From positions 1,701,275-1,765,274 of the forward strand of contig MU004234.1 in assembly GCA_010405405.1 (NCBI GenBank): 64,000 bases of DNA, given 5' to 3'. A model generated the notes under the pieces. The model had not been told where the DNA came from and made no database searches. It worked only from the letters and a program-made list of their open reading frames with translations. Each line of letters starts with the position of its first letter. Positions within the stretch are counted from its first letter, which is position 1. Origin of the DNA: Microthyrium microscopicum (lineage: Eukaryota). Shown one piece after another: positions 36,178-49,520 of the stretch. The translations under genes and the position numbers were made by a program.

Positions 36178-36267
36178 CCAGTGCTTCACAGTAACCAGTG
36201 CTTCACAGCAACCAGTGCTTCACAGTAACCAGTGCTTCACAGTAACCAGTGCTTCACAGCAACCAGT
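36178..36267. repeat. Minisatellite, 17-bp unit CCAGTGCTTCACAG(T/C)AA x5.3
   Basis: Five consecutive copies differ only at one T/C position (T,C,T,T,C), followed by a partial CCAGT. Confidence 0.95.
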
Positions 36268-36946
36268 ATTATTGCTACAAATCCGAATACTTATAACTGG
36301 CATCAATTTGCAGACACTAGTCAATGCAAGCAAATCGGAAGGAGACTGGCTGATACGGTTCAGCTTGTTGATCGATAAGAACTCATTTTTGTTTCAATAG
36401 CGACCTACCGGCATATCTTAGGAAAGTCCATCAGCAATCATGCATAGATGACACGGAATCAAACCCATACATGTGCTCATCCTATCATGAAATTCAAGAT
36501 CCACTAAGAAGATGTTCAAAAGGACTCCGTCGTTGCACTTCTTGATTACCGATATTTCAATGAATCTGATATGTATTCTTTAAGATGAGCTAGAGCTCCC
36601 TAAGTCATCTAATAAGAGCTCTTCTTCATCTTCGTTCGAATCCGAGTAATAGTCCATTCTGATATCCTCATAGACATCCATGAGACATCGAGGTCCAGTT
36701 GTCACTCTATTTGTTCAGCCTGTTGATGGTACAGAACAGCGTTTGATTAATGCGATCGGTCAAGGCATAAGGTGTGCACTATGTGGAGCTACCACTTGCT
36801 GGACTTCATAGGTTCATACTTCCAAATCCCGCCAGGTGCTCATTTACGGACCTGTAGAGACGGAAGGAAAGGTGCAGATGATTTTGAAGAGAGAAGTTTA
36901 TAAATTTAGTTTACCCTATGTAAAATTACAATTTGGGTTTAGATAG

Positions 36947-39286
<2,340 letters not shown>

Positions 39287-39642
39287 TTAGATTTTAAACC
39301 GTGGCGAATAACAAACCCCACATTCGTCAGACTAGGATTAGGCAAGACCTGGTGCAGTTCAAGGACGGAGTTGCCCCGCAGTGCATGTGTGAGGTGCATG
39401 TTCTGGCTTGTTCTGGCTCAAATTGGTTGTTGATGCTCCTTCCTTGGCTGCGGCAGTTCCGTCAAACGCCGCATCCCGACCGAGAGAGCTCTTTCAACCG
39501 CGATTATATCTCTAGCGTCGAAACGCCTCTCGCCCGATCCATCCCACGCTAGCCCATTGACCAATCACGCCTATGGTTTTGCTGTAATGACCACAGCATC
39601 AAAGAAGTTTATATTTTCTACAACCTCTTTCGTCTCTAGATA

Positions 39643-40669
39643 CCTCTGGTGTGCATTCTGAGCTTCAGGGGCCAGCTTTTGGACTTTATTTTCTAAACTT
39701 AATTTCAGCCAATCAAACATCTGGCTGAGAGAAGTTCACGTGACGGCTACACGCAACAGTTGAAAAGCCCTGGCCCCGCTAGCTATTTAGTTATCTCAGA
39801 GACCCAGACTAATTGGATCGCATAGACGACCCTAATTAGGTAAGTATTATCAATAACCACCACCTCCCAAACCGCGATCCAACAGTCTAGGATCAGATCG
39901 CGGAATTTATGTGAGCAAACGCTTAGAAGGGTTCTTGGTTTTGGCTTCATTTGGGTTTATCTCATCAACAAAGCGTCTTTTCAGAAATCTGAATATCTAG
40001 CAAAATACTTTAACAACCTGGCTTTTCAGCCATAGTAACTTTATTTCTATTACTCTACAGGCCATAGCTACATAAATTACCAAAAACAAGGCCAAAAACC
40101 TGCCAAACGCTTAGGAATTCACGATTTACCGACCCCCTAAAACTCTACGACGGCTAAAATTTTGATATTTTTTCCGCGCCTATAGTTATTTGCCTTAATC
40201 TGAAAAATCCAAAACAAATACCAGAAAACTCAAATTTGGAAAGGTAGTAAAGTTATATTAGTTCAAAGAATTATTAATTTTCGCAAAGTTGACTATATAA
40301 AATCAAAACATAAACTTCAGGCCAAGATTCCTTACTTAATAAAGGGCTAATAAATAAGCCGTAAATAGATATAAGAAGCCAAGTTTAAGAGCTTTAAGTG
40401 CACCTCAATTTCGGAGAATAACAAGTTGTTGTTAATAAAGTATTGATGAGTTGAAGTTGTTATGTTTCAAAGCGTTTCTACTAACAAAAGGCGCGATGTG
40501 GTCTCAGACGGTAAAACAAGGATCCCCTTCATCACGTGCCGTGATAAAGGGATCCGTTTTACCTATCTGAGCTTCTGAGATAACTATTTAGCCAATTAGC
40601 ACACAAGCTGGAAGGCTCAAAATCAAAATCAGAAAGTCTGACCCTGAAGCTCAGAATGCACACCAGAGG
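39643..40669. mobile_element. Non-autonomous TIR DNA transposon (MITE-like), 1027 bp, TA target-site duplication
   Basis: Perfect 28-bp terminal inverted repeats CCTCTGGTGTGCATTCTGAGCTTCAGGG (39643-39670 / 40642-40669), flanked by TA on both sides. AT-rich interior with no ORF in the track. Confidence 0.9.
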
Positions 40670-41271
40670 TACTTTGTTTTACTTCATCATGAACGCGCCA
40701 GTATCAATGCTTTTTTCGTTGTCGGTTCTATCCGACCGACTGGTGGCAAGTAGGGCAAATCAGCAACCATTGAATCATGTCCTTGTCATCATCTCACTCT
40801 CTGCTTGGACGATCAACCATTCTTAATTGCCGATTCATGTTGCCCAGGAAACATGTGAACTTAATGGGATCGTATGTCATTGTTGAACAATTTATTGACT
40901 GGACTGCCATATAGGTCGACTGGTGTCTTCATACGCGCTGAATCAGAATATTCCTGTCGAACAAAAAGCATACATCAAGTCATACAAACGACATATCTGA
41001 GCGTATTGGGTTGAACGCCTTCTTGGCCGCATGGCCTCACCAATACTATTGTATGTTTAGGATATAATTCCCTCTACTGCTTGTGGAAATGTTATCACAG
41101 CTCAGGCAAGTACATAATTTGAAAAACAAGGCTTAATTTCTAGCTGTCAATATCAACACCTAAGCATGGGTAATTGACCTAGTATCTTCTTGAGAACCAG
41201 ATATAAAAGAGATAAATGAGCAGATTAGGACAATCCACCTGTAGTAGGCATCAATCATATTCTCTTAATGT

Positions 41272-42306
41272 TTATCTAGGATCAACGACCAACTTCACAC
41301 CACTAACTCCCTTCTCCAGCTTATCCAGCGCAACCTGTACGCCCTTCAAACCACCCCCAATCTTCTCAATTGGCGGAGTAATCAGCTTGCCCTTCGCGAG
41401 CGCTTGCTCAAGATACTCATGAAAACTCCACGACATGAGCCCAGCATTCCTCTCTTCATGCAAGATAGCAGGCCAGGACATACTCTCATAAGTTAATCCC
41501 TCCGGAATCTTGTCCTCGGCGCTCACCGCAACACCAAACAGCGTTCCACCGCCCTGCGCATCCAACACCTTCTTATTAACCAAAATCGTATCTTCCAGCG
41601 ATATCGTATCCACAACCGCAACATACGGACCCCTCTCAATCAACGCTTTCGCCGTCTCCTCATCGCCCAGCGTATGGTCAACCACCGCCGTAGCACCTAA
41701 TCCCGACACCCATCCCATATTCCGCGGACTACTCGTCGTGACAACCTCATAGCCCGCCTGAGCAACATACTGCACACTCAAACTCCCCAAACTCGACGAC
41801 CCACCATAAACCAACACCTTCTCCCCCTTCCCCACCACCCCTTTCTCAAAATCCGGTTTCCCCAACCCCAACCTTCCCTCAAAGATGCCCACCACCGTCG
41901 TCAGATTCCCCGTCAACGCCGCGCCAGTAGCAATATCCACAGCGTCCGGAACTTTTGCCGCCGTCTCTTCACCGACTACCACAAATTTCTGGTATCCGCC
42001 ATACTGGTTTCCCTGCTTGGGCGGAAAGTACATTGACGCAGCGACACGGTCGCCAACTTGAAAGCGCGTGACGCTGGATCCGATGGAGGTTACTGTGCCG
42101 CCGAAAGAGAAACCGCTGATGACTGGGTAGTTCAAGGGGAAGATGCCAAGTTTAGCGATTTTCCATTCCGCGGGATTCAGGGCGATGGCTTCGTTGCGGA
42201 TGAGCAGTTCCTTGGGGCCTGGGGTATAGGTTTCTACGAGAATTATTTCAAGGGGGGCTTTTGCGGCGGGGATGATTATGGCTTCGTTGGGCGTGGTGGA
42301 TGTCAT
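41272..42306 (-). CDS. Medium-chain dehydrogenase/reductase, enoyl-reductase-like (quinone oxidoreductase / TOXD-like)
   Basis: ELLIRNEAIALNPAEWKI, YPVISGFSFGGTV, FQVGDRV, VLVYGGSSSLG (Rossmann fold) and GVSGVKLVV. Confidence 0.9.
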   Translation of the reverse strand: MTSTTPNEAIIIPAAKAPLEIILVETYTPGPKELLIRNEAIALNPAEWKIAKLGIFPLNYPVISGFSFGGTVTSIGSSVTRFQVGDRVAASMYFPPKQGNQYGGYQKFVVVGEETAAKVPDAVDIATGAALTGNLTTVVGIFEGRLGLGKPDFEKGVVGKGEKVLVYGGSSSLGSLSVQYVAQAGYEVVTTSSPRNMGWVSGLGATAVVDHTLGDEETAKALIERGPYVAVVDTISLEDTILVNKKVLDAQGGGTLFGVAVSAEDKIPEGLTYESMSWPAILHEERNAGLMSWSFHEYLEQALAKGKLITPPIEKIGGGLKGVQVALDKLEKGVSGVKLVVDPR

Positions 42307-43069
42307 CTTTGTGGTGGATTGGTTGGGGATTGTGATTTTGAGTATTGGATGGGTTTAGAGGGGAGTTGTTGGTTAGGTTCAGTTGTTTGCAGGATGTATG
42401 TAGTACTAGTAGCTGGAGCTGTGGAAGTTGATTGTTTGGTGAGAATATATGGAATTGAAGATATAAGCACTACTATAACACAACAGTAAGCATGTGGATA
42501 GCCAAGTTCGCAGGGAATGCAATATTAAGTTATGCCGACGGGGTAAAGATCTAGCCGCAGTGCTTTAAGTAGCAGTATGCTCTTGATCAACTTCAAGAAT
42601 ATTAGAACAACTCCAAGTATTTTCGGGTCCAGTTTGGGTAAACGAAAGGCTGGTCGTCGTCTCGCTTACAAACGGAGATCGATTGGAAATGGAGATAAAT
42701 GGAGATTGGGACGGAGGTAGTAAAAGGATCGTTATGGTGTGGAATTTTGACATTTGAAAGGTATTATTACCGCGACGCAACTTCCCGATCTTTTTGGTAT
42801 ATTGACCCTAACCGTAGGATGCTTTCATTGTTGGCTGTTTCAAATATATTAACAAGCAATCCCTTGATGAGATACCAAGGGTACTAGGACGACAGCCTCA
42901 AGTCTCGCCATTCTTTTACACGAATAATTTTGGTCTCTTTCAGTCACCAGGTATATAAATATTGACTCAAGTGTTTATTTCGTCCTACAATCTAATCTTC
43001 AACTCCAAGCTATCCCCTGTGCCAAGTGTGGGCTTTTCGACACTCCGCTTGTGAACCACAGAACAGAAC

Positions 43070-43864
43070 ATGATTCTGAGGAGCAAACTCGTCTTCCTCG
43101 CCGTTAGCAGCTTGTCGATTCAGTCGTGCTTTGCGGCCAATCCTGTGGTAGTCCAGACAGACATTGTCTTTCCGAGGAACAACACCGTCTACAAAGCCGT
43201 ACCTTCATTCCCCATCGTTTTCGCACTCACCAACTTTGCGGATGTTTGGCAATACCAACCAATTGTAGCCTGGCGGCTGCAAATATTGCAGCCAAATGGC
43301 AACAACATATTGGGTGAGCGAGGTGTAGTTGGATGGACGGACAAAACATCACATCAAATAGCTCCAGGACCACAGCTCGCTGTCAATTCCGCCTCTTCAA
43401 TAAAGTCAAAAGGATCAGCAATGTACGAACTTCAATATGACTTCAGGATTGCTCCCACATTAGATGACTGTTATTATACCCGACTGTCTCCTGACTCGTT
43501 CTTTCAAGGTTCAATCTTCTTCAACATCAGTGATGAGACAGGCATTTCTCCCGATATTGTGGGCCCTGATGGATGCAGCTCACCATTAGGAGCAGTCGGA
43601 TACACTGGGCCGAATGCAACAAAGTCACAATGTCCTGCTGTGACATCGCCGCGTCCGGATCCAGTTGCTTGCGCGTATAGGCTAAATTCCACATCATCCA
43701 GTCAGATTGCGGAAGCTATTAAAGATACGTCTGGTTGCAAAGCTATTAAATACGCCAGTTCTGATGTAAAATGTCCTAATGCAGTTTCTCACGGTCTAAG
43801 GCTCCAGCCCAGCAGCTTTGTTTCTTTTATAACTATGTTTGGTCTAATTCTTCCTCTCATCTGA
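43070..43864 (+). CDS. Secreted, probably GPI-anchored Cys-containing protein
   Basis: N-terminal signal peptide, DIVFPRNNTVY..FPIVFA block, several Cys and a hydrophobic C-terminal tail (SFITMFGLILPLI). TATATAAA lies near 42952. Confidence 0.8.
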   Translation: MILRSKLVFLAVSSLSIQSCFAANPVVVQTDIVFPRNNTVYKAVPSFPIVFALTNFADVWQYQPIVAWRLQILQPNGNNILGERGVVGWTDKTSHQIAPGPQLAVNSASSIKSKGSAMYELQYDFRIAPTLDDCYYTRLSPDSFFQGSIFFNISDETGISPDIVGPDGCSSPLGAVGYTGPNATKSQCPAVTSPRPDPVACAYRLNSTSSSQIAEAIKDTSGCKAIKYASSDVKCPNAVSHGLRLQPSSFVSFITMFGLILPLI

Positions 43865-44318
43865 GCGGGAAAGGAGCTGGATATGGGATATGTTGTGATT
43901 ATCACGCTTTGACAAGAAGATATGTTTCTGAAAGGATTGTAGAAGTCTCCATCAGTTGGCTGGCCACATGATCCTCCGGCTTTGCTCTGGCTCTGCTCCG
44001 GCTCTGCTCCAACTCCAGGTTCGCTCATCCACGATTGACATGCTTATTCACTGCTGACACCTCAATCCGGCGTTTTTCATGTCCAAGAACGAATTCAGTG
44101 TTTCTATGGAGTGCTTATTCTGACACACTTACATCGCTAAACTGGTAGAAACATGAAAGGTGAGCTCATTATCAAAAACACCCCAAATCTGTGTAATGCG
44201 CGCTACATATCAGATATTTGTTCAAGTCGTCAACTCCTTGGAGACCTTGTTGTTTAGAATGTACTACGACTTTTTCCACCTTTCGTTTAAGACCAGAGAC
44301 GATTGTTGGAAAACCACT

Positions 44319-45818
44319 TCATCCAATCCTCACTGATATGCTTCCGCTCGTATTCTCCGCCGATATATTGCTATCGCCGTCCCCCTTCTCAGCAAGAATC
44401 TGCTTGAAGCCAGGTTTTGGATGAACATCCTTGATGATATCGACACCCTCACCGGTAACACTGAGAGAGCCAGATAGTGTCTGAGCCTGAATCTTGCCCT
44501 CCCATGAGCCAGGATATTGCAGTTGCATAGTACCACTTCGAGTCATGAACACGCTGCTTACAGCTCCAAGCTTCGCAGCCGTATCATAGACACAGCTGCG
44601 GATACTACCGCTCACGGTATCGATAGTCAATACACGCTTGGCCAAGTCGCCGGCGGTGTAGATATCAACGGTGACTGTACCACTGTTTGACTCTATGGTA
44701 GTCCTGTCGCCGAGAAGATATGTTCCGGAGATGCTGCCGCTGCGGGAATGCACTTGAGTGTTGAATGTCCGGGATGGGATGGAGGTGGTGATTGTATCGG
44801 CGTGGATGGTGCCGGAGACGCCACGGATAATGAGGACCCCATTGTGATCGGATTTGTCCGAGTCCTTGGGGTCGATGTTGACTTGAACGGTGCCGGAAAT
44901 GGTTTTCAGAGAGAGAAGGTCAGCGAGGGGGTACGAGCCGGTGATGGAACCTGATGTGGTTTCAATTTCGATCTTGCGGGAGTACAGGGCATCGGTTCCG
45001 CTGGTGACCCCACCTGAAACGCTGCGGATGAAGGTGTTGTGGGAGTTGAGCTTCAAAGACTCTTTCAGTTCGATCGGTAGAACTATTGTGTCAATGTTGA
45101 ATGAGGAGATATTTGTTGATGGAGCGATGGAAATTGTTGCGAGAACCTCGATGCATGGTCGTACTCCACCGAGACGCTGGATGATTCTATCCGACTCGAA
45201 TGTAAGACCGGTGGCGTCATGTTTGATGCTGATGGCATTTCGTAGTTCTTCATGGCTAAGGTGAACCCGCAAACTTACAGTGACTGGATCAGCGCCTTCA
45301 GGGGCTTCCTGTATGATCACTCGGCCAGCAGTCTGAATGAAGCCAAAACCTGGTCCATCATGTGACTTTCTACTGTAGTGCTGACCAAAGAAGAAGGAGC
45401 TAGGCTTGCTCTCGGCGTTGACATCAAAGACATAGTTTAGCTCTCCATCTTTGTATGCGATAGGGGCCGAATGGCATTGACTGAGAGCCATGGGCCTATG
45501 TTTTGGTGAGCCAATGCACCAGAACTAATGTTTATTAGCATTTCAGCGTTGGGGACAAGGGCTTGAGCTCACATTTGACAGATCGAAGTGTCGATTCGAG
45601 TGTCGAAGGAAGAATGTCAGTGCAAACATTCCAAAGACCATCCAGAAAAAGGCCTTGCACAGCCGAGCGCAGCGACCCCGTGGATGCCTTCGTCGCCCAG
45701 CCTCAGTATCGTATGGACCAGTTCGATAATGTTCTTCAACTAGAGCTTGGTTGACCAACTCAGACTCCAACAAGGCGGACTTCTCGTCCGAATGGACGAT
45801 TGTTTGGTTGGGAGGCAT
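44319..45818 (-). CDS. Type II membrane protein with DUF4097-like (adhesin) beta-strand repeats; intron 45525-45572
   Basis: A transmembrane segment (AFFWMVFGMFALTFFL) follows a basic patch. Many (T/S)xSG(S/T)(I/V) repeats. GTGAGC...GCTAAT...TAG intron. Confidence 0.85.
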
Positions 45819-46847
45819 AAGGCTGAGAGAAAGGCTACGCTAAGAATGATGAGGGGTAATTGGTGGGGCCCAAACGGATCAGTCCCAGACGTCACCCCAA
45901 ATAAATGATTTCGGTGACTCTTTTTCGTTTGTTTGTCTTGAAACTGAAAGATATGGGAATTGAGGGTTTATCTCAAAACAAATGAAAGAGAGGGGCTTTA
46001 AGCAAAGGATTCTAGGCGACAGCTTACGGCCAGCAGCGATCAACAGACGACATCATCAAAGGCTGCCGATCCTTTCTGCATTCAGAGCGTTGGCCAGCAT
46101 CACTATCGCCAACATTGATTCGCCAATTCCTCTGTAAAATTCTGAACAGTACACTTGAGTGCTATCAATTGTCAAGAATCTGATACTCTAGTTTCACGCT
46201 ATACGCACAAAGCTTCTCGATCAACCATCAGTCCTTGGACACAAAGTGATGACCCGACCTTCTCAATCAGGAGCTGAGGCAAGAGCTGGAATATCCTATT
46301 TGGTGATTGAGAACCAGGGAATACGACAGCCCTATGGCCTTACCTTGGCGATGCTCGAAGATCTAACATGTTGTACCGTGGGTCGTAATCGAAAAGCAGT
46401 TCAAGGCAACACAACTCTGCCATATATAATTATATCGACAGAAGCTGATGAGGGGTAGAATGATTTGATGGATGATCAAGGCATTAAATGATTGATCTCG
46501 AGCTTGAGGATCACCATTATTGGCTTGACTAGCTACATCTTTGCTGCACCGCAATAGAGACCTTCCGAGCTGCCCAGCGAGTAAGATTCATCTTCACTCT
46601 TGACCGGTCCTGGCTTTGAAGATGTTTTGCTGCGCCTCGTGCCATCCACTTCATGCGGTGGGATGAAATAATGAGGCAACAAGCCTCAGCCTTGCTTACT
46701 TTTCAAAAACTGCATCAGCACTTTACAGCCTGAAAAGGCCAAAAGATTTGGATTACCTCTTGTATAAAATGCGGTGTCTTTCGTCGCTTCCATCTGAGAA
46801 ACTGTACAGAGCTACCGTTCGTACCCGCAAGCCAATTCACTGTCAAC

Positions 46848-49265
46848 ATGGTACGCTTCACGGAAACAGATTCATTATGTTCGAGATGTAGCGGAATAGA
46901 CTTTGAGAGGATCATCTTTGAATCTACGGCATCGCAGAGCCTTGGATCCTGGGAAAGCGTTCGAAGGCGTGCATATTGCTCATTCTGTCGCCTGGTCACT
47001 GCCGCTCTTGATGATTACCCAGATTTGGAGCCAGGCACTCGACTCATGCTCAGCAATGTCCTCGCATGGCATGAATCAATTATGACCCTATTCTATGATG
47101 GACAAAGATCTGAGGATTATTCGAATAGATTCGACCTGAAGGACAAAGCAGCAGACATATCTGGTCGGCCCGCCCAAAGTCTGGTTGTCTCTCGAGGTCG
47201 CCAGCGACTAGTAGAATTGCATTATGTCGCCTCTCATGAATCGGGAGACAGGAAACTGTTTTTTGGTCGAAGAGTCGACCAAAAACAGGTGAATTGGCCA
47301 CTGCTTAAATCCTGGTTGCCTGAATGTGAAAGGTTCCACAATGGTCTATGCGACAGGCGAGGGAAGGCTGCACAAGATCTCCCAAAGAACTTGAGAGTGA
47401 TTGACATCGTCGAAGGCAAGATAGTCACAGCTCCCCCTCGCTGTCAGTATTGTGCAATGACTTATGTCTGGGGACCCATTCGCAGAGAAGGCACCCTTCT
47501 CAAGCAAAGCTGGCTCAAGAGAGATCACAAGGGCCGTGAATACGCGGATTTGCCTTCAGTGTTACCTCGAACGATCGCCGATTCTATGATCGTCGCAGGC
47601 GCGCTGGGATTTCGATATCTCTGGAATGATTCCTTGTGCATCGTTCAGGGCCCAGAAGATGCTCCTCAGCACAAAAATAGCCAGATTTGGAGAATGGATG
47701 CAATATACAGCTCTGCAGCTCTCACCATCGCAGCAGCTACCGGCAGTAATGCAGATTCAGGTCTTCCAGGAGTCAGTCTTCCAAGGAGGATCAAACAGAT
47801 ATCGGAAGTGGTTGATGGCATTCGATTTGCTGTGCCATTTCCCAATTACGATATCATTCATGACGACCGAAGTCTGATATGGAACACCCGAGGATGGACA
47901 ATGCAAGAAAAGCTGCTTTCTAAGAGACTGCTACTCTTTACCGATGAACAGGTCTACTTTAAGTGCTCAAACGCGATTTGGTCCGAGGATACTGCATTAG
48001 AGATAGGAGCAATCTCAAGAGACAAACGGCGGCGACCCGACCCTTTTCGATGGGTATCAGATCGCACAATACCCAAGACACCAAACATGTTAGACCAGTT
48101 CATTTACAAATTTCGATCTGGAAATCTTTCTGATGTTGACTTGGAGTTAGAATTCCTCCCAAACTACATGTCTTTGATACAGGAGTACACACGTCGCACG
48201 CTCAGTAACTCTTCGGATGCGGTCAAAGCCATACAAGGTATTTTGAACACGCTTGATGCAGACGAGTACTCCGGCATTCCGCGTAAATATCTTCCATCTG
48301 CTTTACTATGGCAGCCGAAGCCTGGCAGCAAGGCCACCATTATACCTCCCTCAGGCACTTCTGCTCCATCATGGTCGTGGGCAGCTTGGAATTTACCAAA
48401 AGGCTGCACTTGGTACGAACGAGACTACAGATCAACAACCTGTGATGTAACACTGACGGATCCTGCTCCGAAGCCGCGAAAGCCATTTGACTTTTCTACA
48501 ATGTATGTATTTGAACGGCAGGCAGAGGAAAGGGGTCCTTCAACTGTGATAAAACACAAATCTTATGGGCCCAAGGAAGAAAATCTTCCGCATCCAAACT
48601 GGCCTCCATTTCTGGCTCGTCATCTAAATCAGGTTGATCACATTTTCTGTTTTCATACACTATTCTTTCGATTCTCCATCGGTGACAGATTGAAGCAATA
48701 TTCTCCCGGTGCCAGGAATATTGATTGTGTTGAACTGTTCGAAATCACTGATGCCCTGGACAATACTGTCGGCGAAATATGGATCTCAGGAAACGAAGCT
48801 TTTCGTGATGGTAAACAGCCTAAAGATTTTATACTTCTGTCATTCGGCACCGGATTCGAACGAGCTACACTGCCCCAGCTCTATGTCCCACAACGAACTG
48901 AATATGTGCAGGATGATACACATGTCAACTACACTCAGCCAGATAGAAGCGGACTAAACTTTTCGCACAATACCGGCAAGAGCTCTGAAGACATGTTCGC
49001 CAACAACCTTCTTGCTCCTTCAAATCTAAACTTAAGGCCCTTGTCAGCTTCAGGAGTTTCTCAGACACCCTCGACTTTGACTTCATCTCAGTCACCACCA
49101 AAAAGACCTGTACAGGTCAATATTCCACCAAGCCAATGGATAGTGGGAAATATGATGCTGGTGGAACGCAGCGAAGGAGTTGCAAGACGCGTGGCTTTGG
49201 GGAAGGTGATCAAGAGCGCACTTGAGAAGAGTAAATGGAAAGATTCTTGGGTACACTTAGCATAG
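46848..49265 (+). CDS. HET (heterokaryon incompatibility) domain protein, TOL-like
   Basis: N-terminal CxxC...CxFC, then LRVIDI, YCAMTYVWG, LPRTIADSM..LGFRYLWNDSLCIVQ, MDAIYSSAALTIAAA, WNTRGWTMQE, YTRRTLS..D and PSWSWAAW. Confidence 0.92.
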   Translation: MVRFTETDSLCSRCSGIDFERIIFESTASQSLGSWESVRRRAYCSFCRLVTAALDDYPDLEPGTRLMLSNVLAWHESIMTLFYDGQRSEDYSNRFDLKDKAADISGRPAQSLVVSRGRQRLVELHYVASHESGDRKLFFGRRVDQKQVNWPLLKSWLPECERFHNGLCDRRGKAAQDLPKNLRVIDIVEGKIVTAPPRCQYCAMTYVWGPIRREGTLLKQSWLKRDHKGREYADLPSVLPRTIADSMIVAGALGFRYLWNDSLCIVQGPEDAPQHKNSQIWRMDAIYSSAALTIAAATGSNADSGLPGVSLPRRIKQISEVVDGIRFAVPFPNYDIIHDDRSLIWNTRGWTMQEKLLSKRLLLFTDEQVYFKCSNAIWSEDTALEIGAISRDKRRRPDPFRWVSDRTIPKTPNMLDQFIYKFRSGNLSDVDLELEFLPNYMSLIQEYTRRTLSNSSDAVKAIQGILNTLDADEYSGIPRKYLPSALLWQPKPGSKATIIPPSGTSAPSWSWAAWNLPKGCTWYERDYRSTTCDVTLTDPAPKPRKPFDFSTMYVFERQAEERGPSTVIKHKSYGPKEENLPHPNWPPFLARHLNQVDHIFCFHTLFFRFSIGDRLKQYSPGARNIDCVELFEITDALDNTVGEIWISGNEAFRDGKQPKDFILLSFGTGFERATLPQLYVPQRTEYVQDDTHVNYTQPDRSGLNFSHNTGKSSEDMFANNLLAPSNLNLRPLSASGVSQTPSTLTSSQSPPKRPVQVNIPPSQWIVGNMMLVERSEGVARRVALGKVIKSALEKSKWKDSWVHLA

Positions 49266-49520
49266 ACTCTCATGACGGACTGAGAGTCAAAGTCGAAAGT
49301 CAAGATGGTATGCCTATCATCACTGCGGTCATGCTTTGAATGTGTTCCTATTTGTACTCGATTCTTCTACATATACGAATTCTGGGAGCCTCAAGTGAGT
49401 TTCCGATGAATCACTCCAAGCCGCATGCTATGTTGGGCACCACCTTTAAGAAAAGATTTTACAAAGTGACGGTAGTCGTCTATGGATATCTGAAGCATGT
49501 GTGGAGGTGTGACCCTATTC

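Noticed and set aside
36178..36267. Repeat array as a CRISPR
   Set aside because: Units are directly adjacent with no spacers, there are no cas genes, and the context is eukaryotic.
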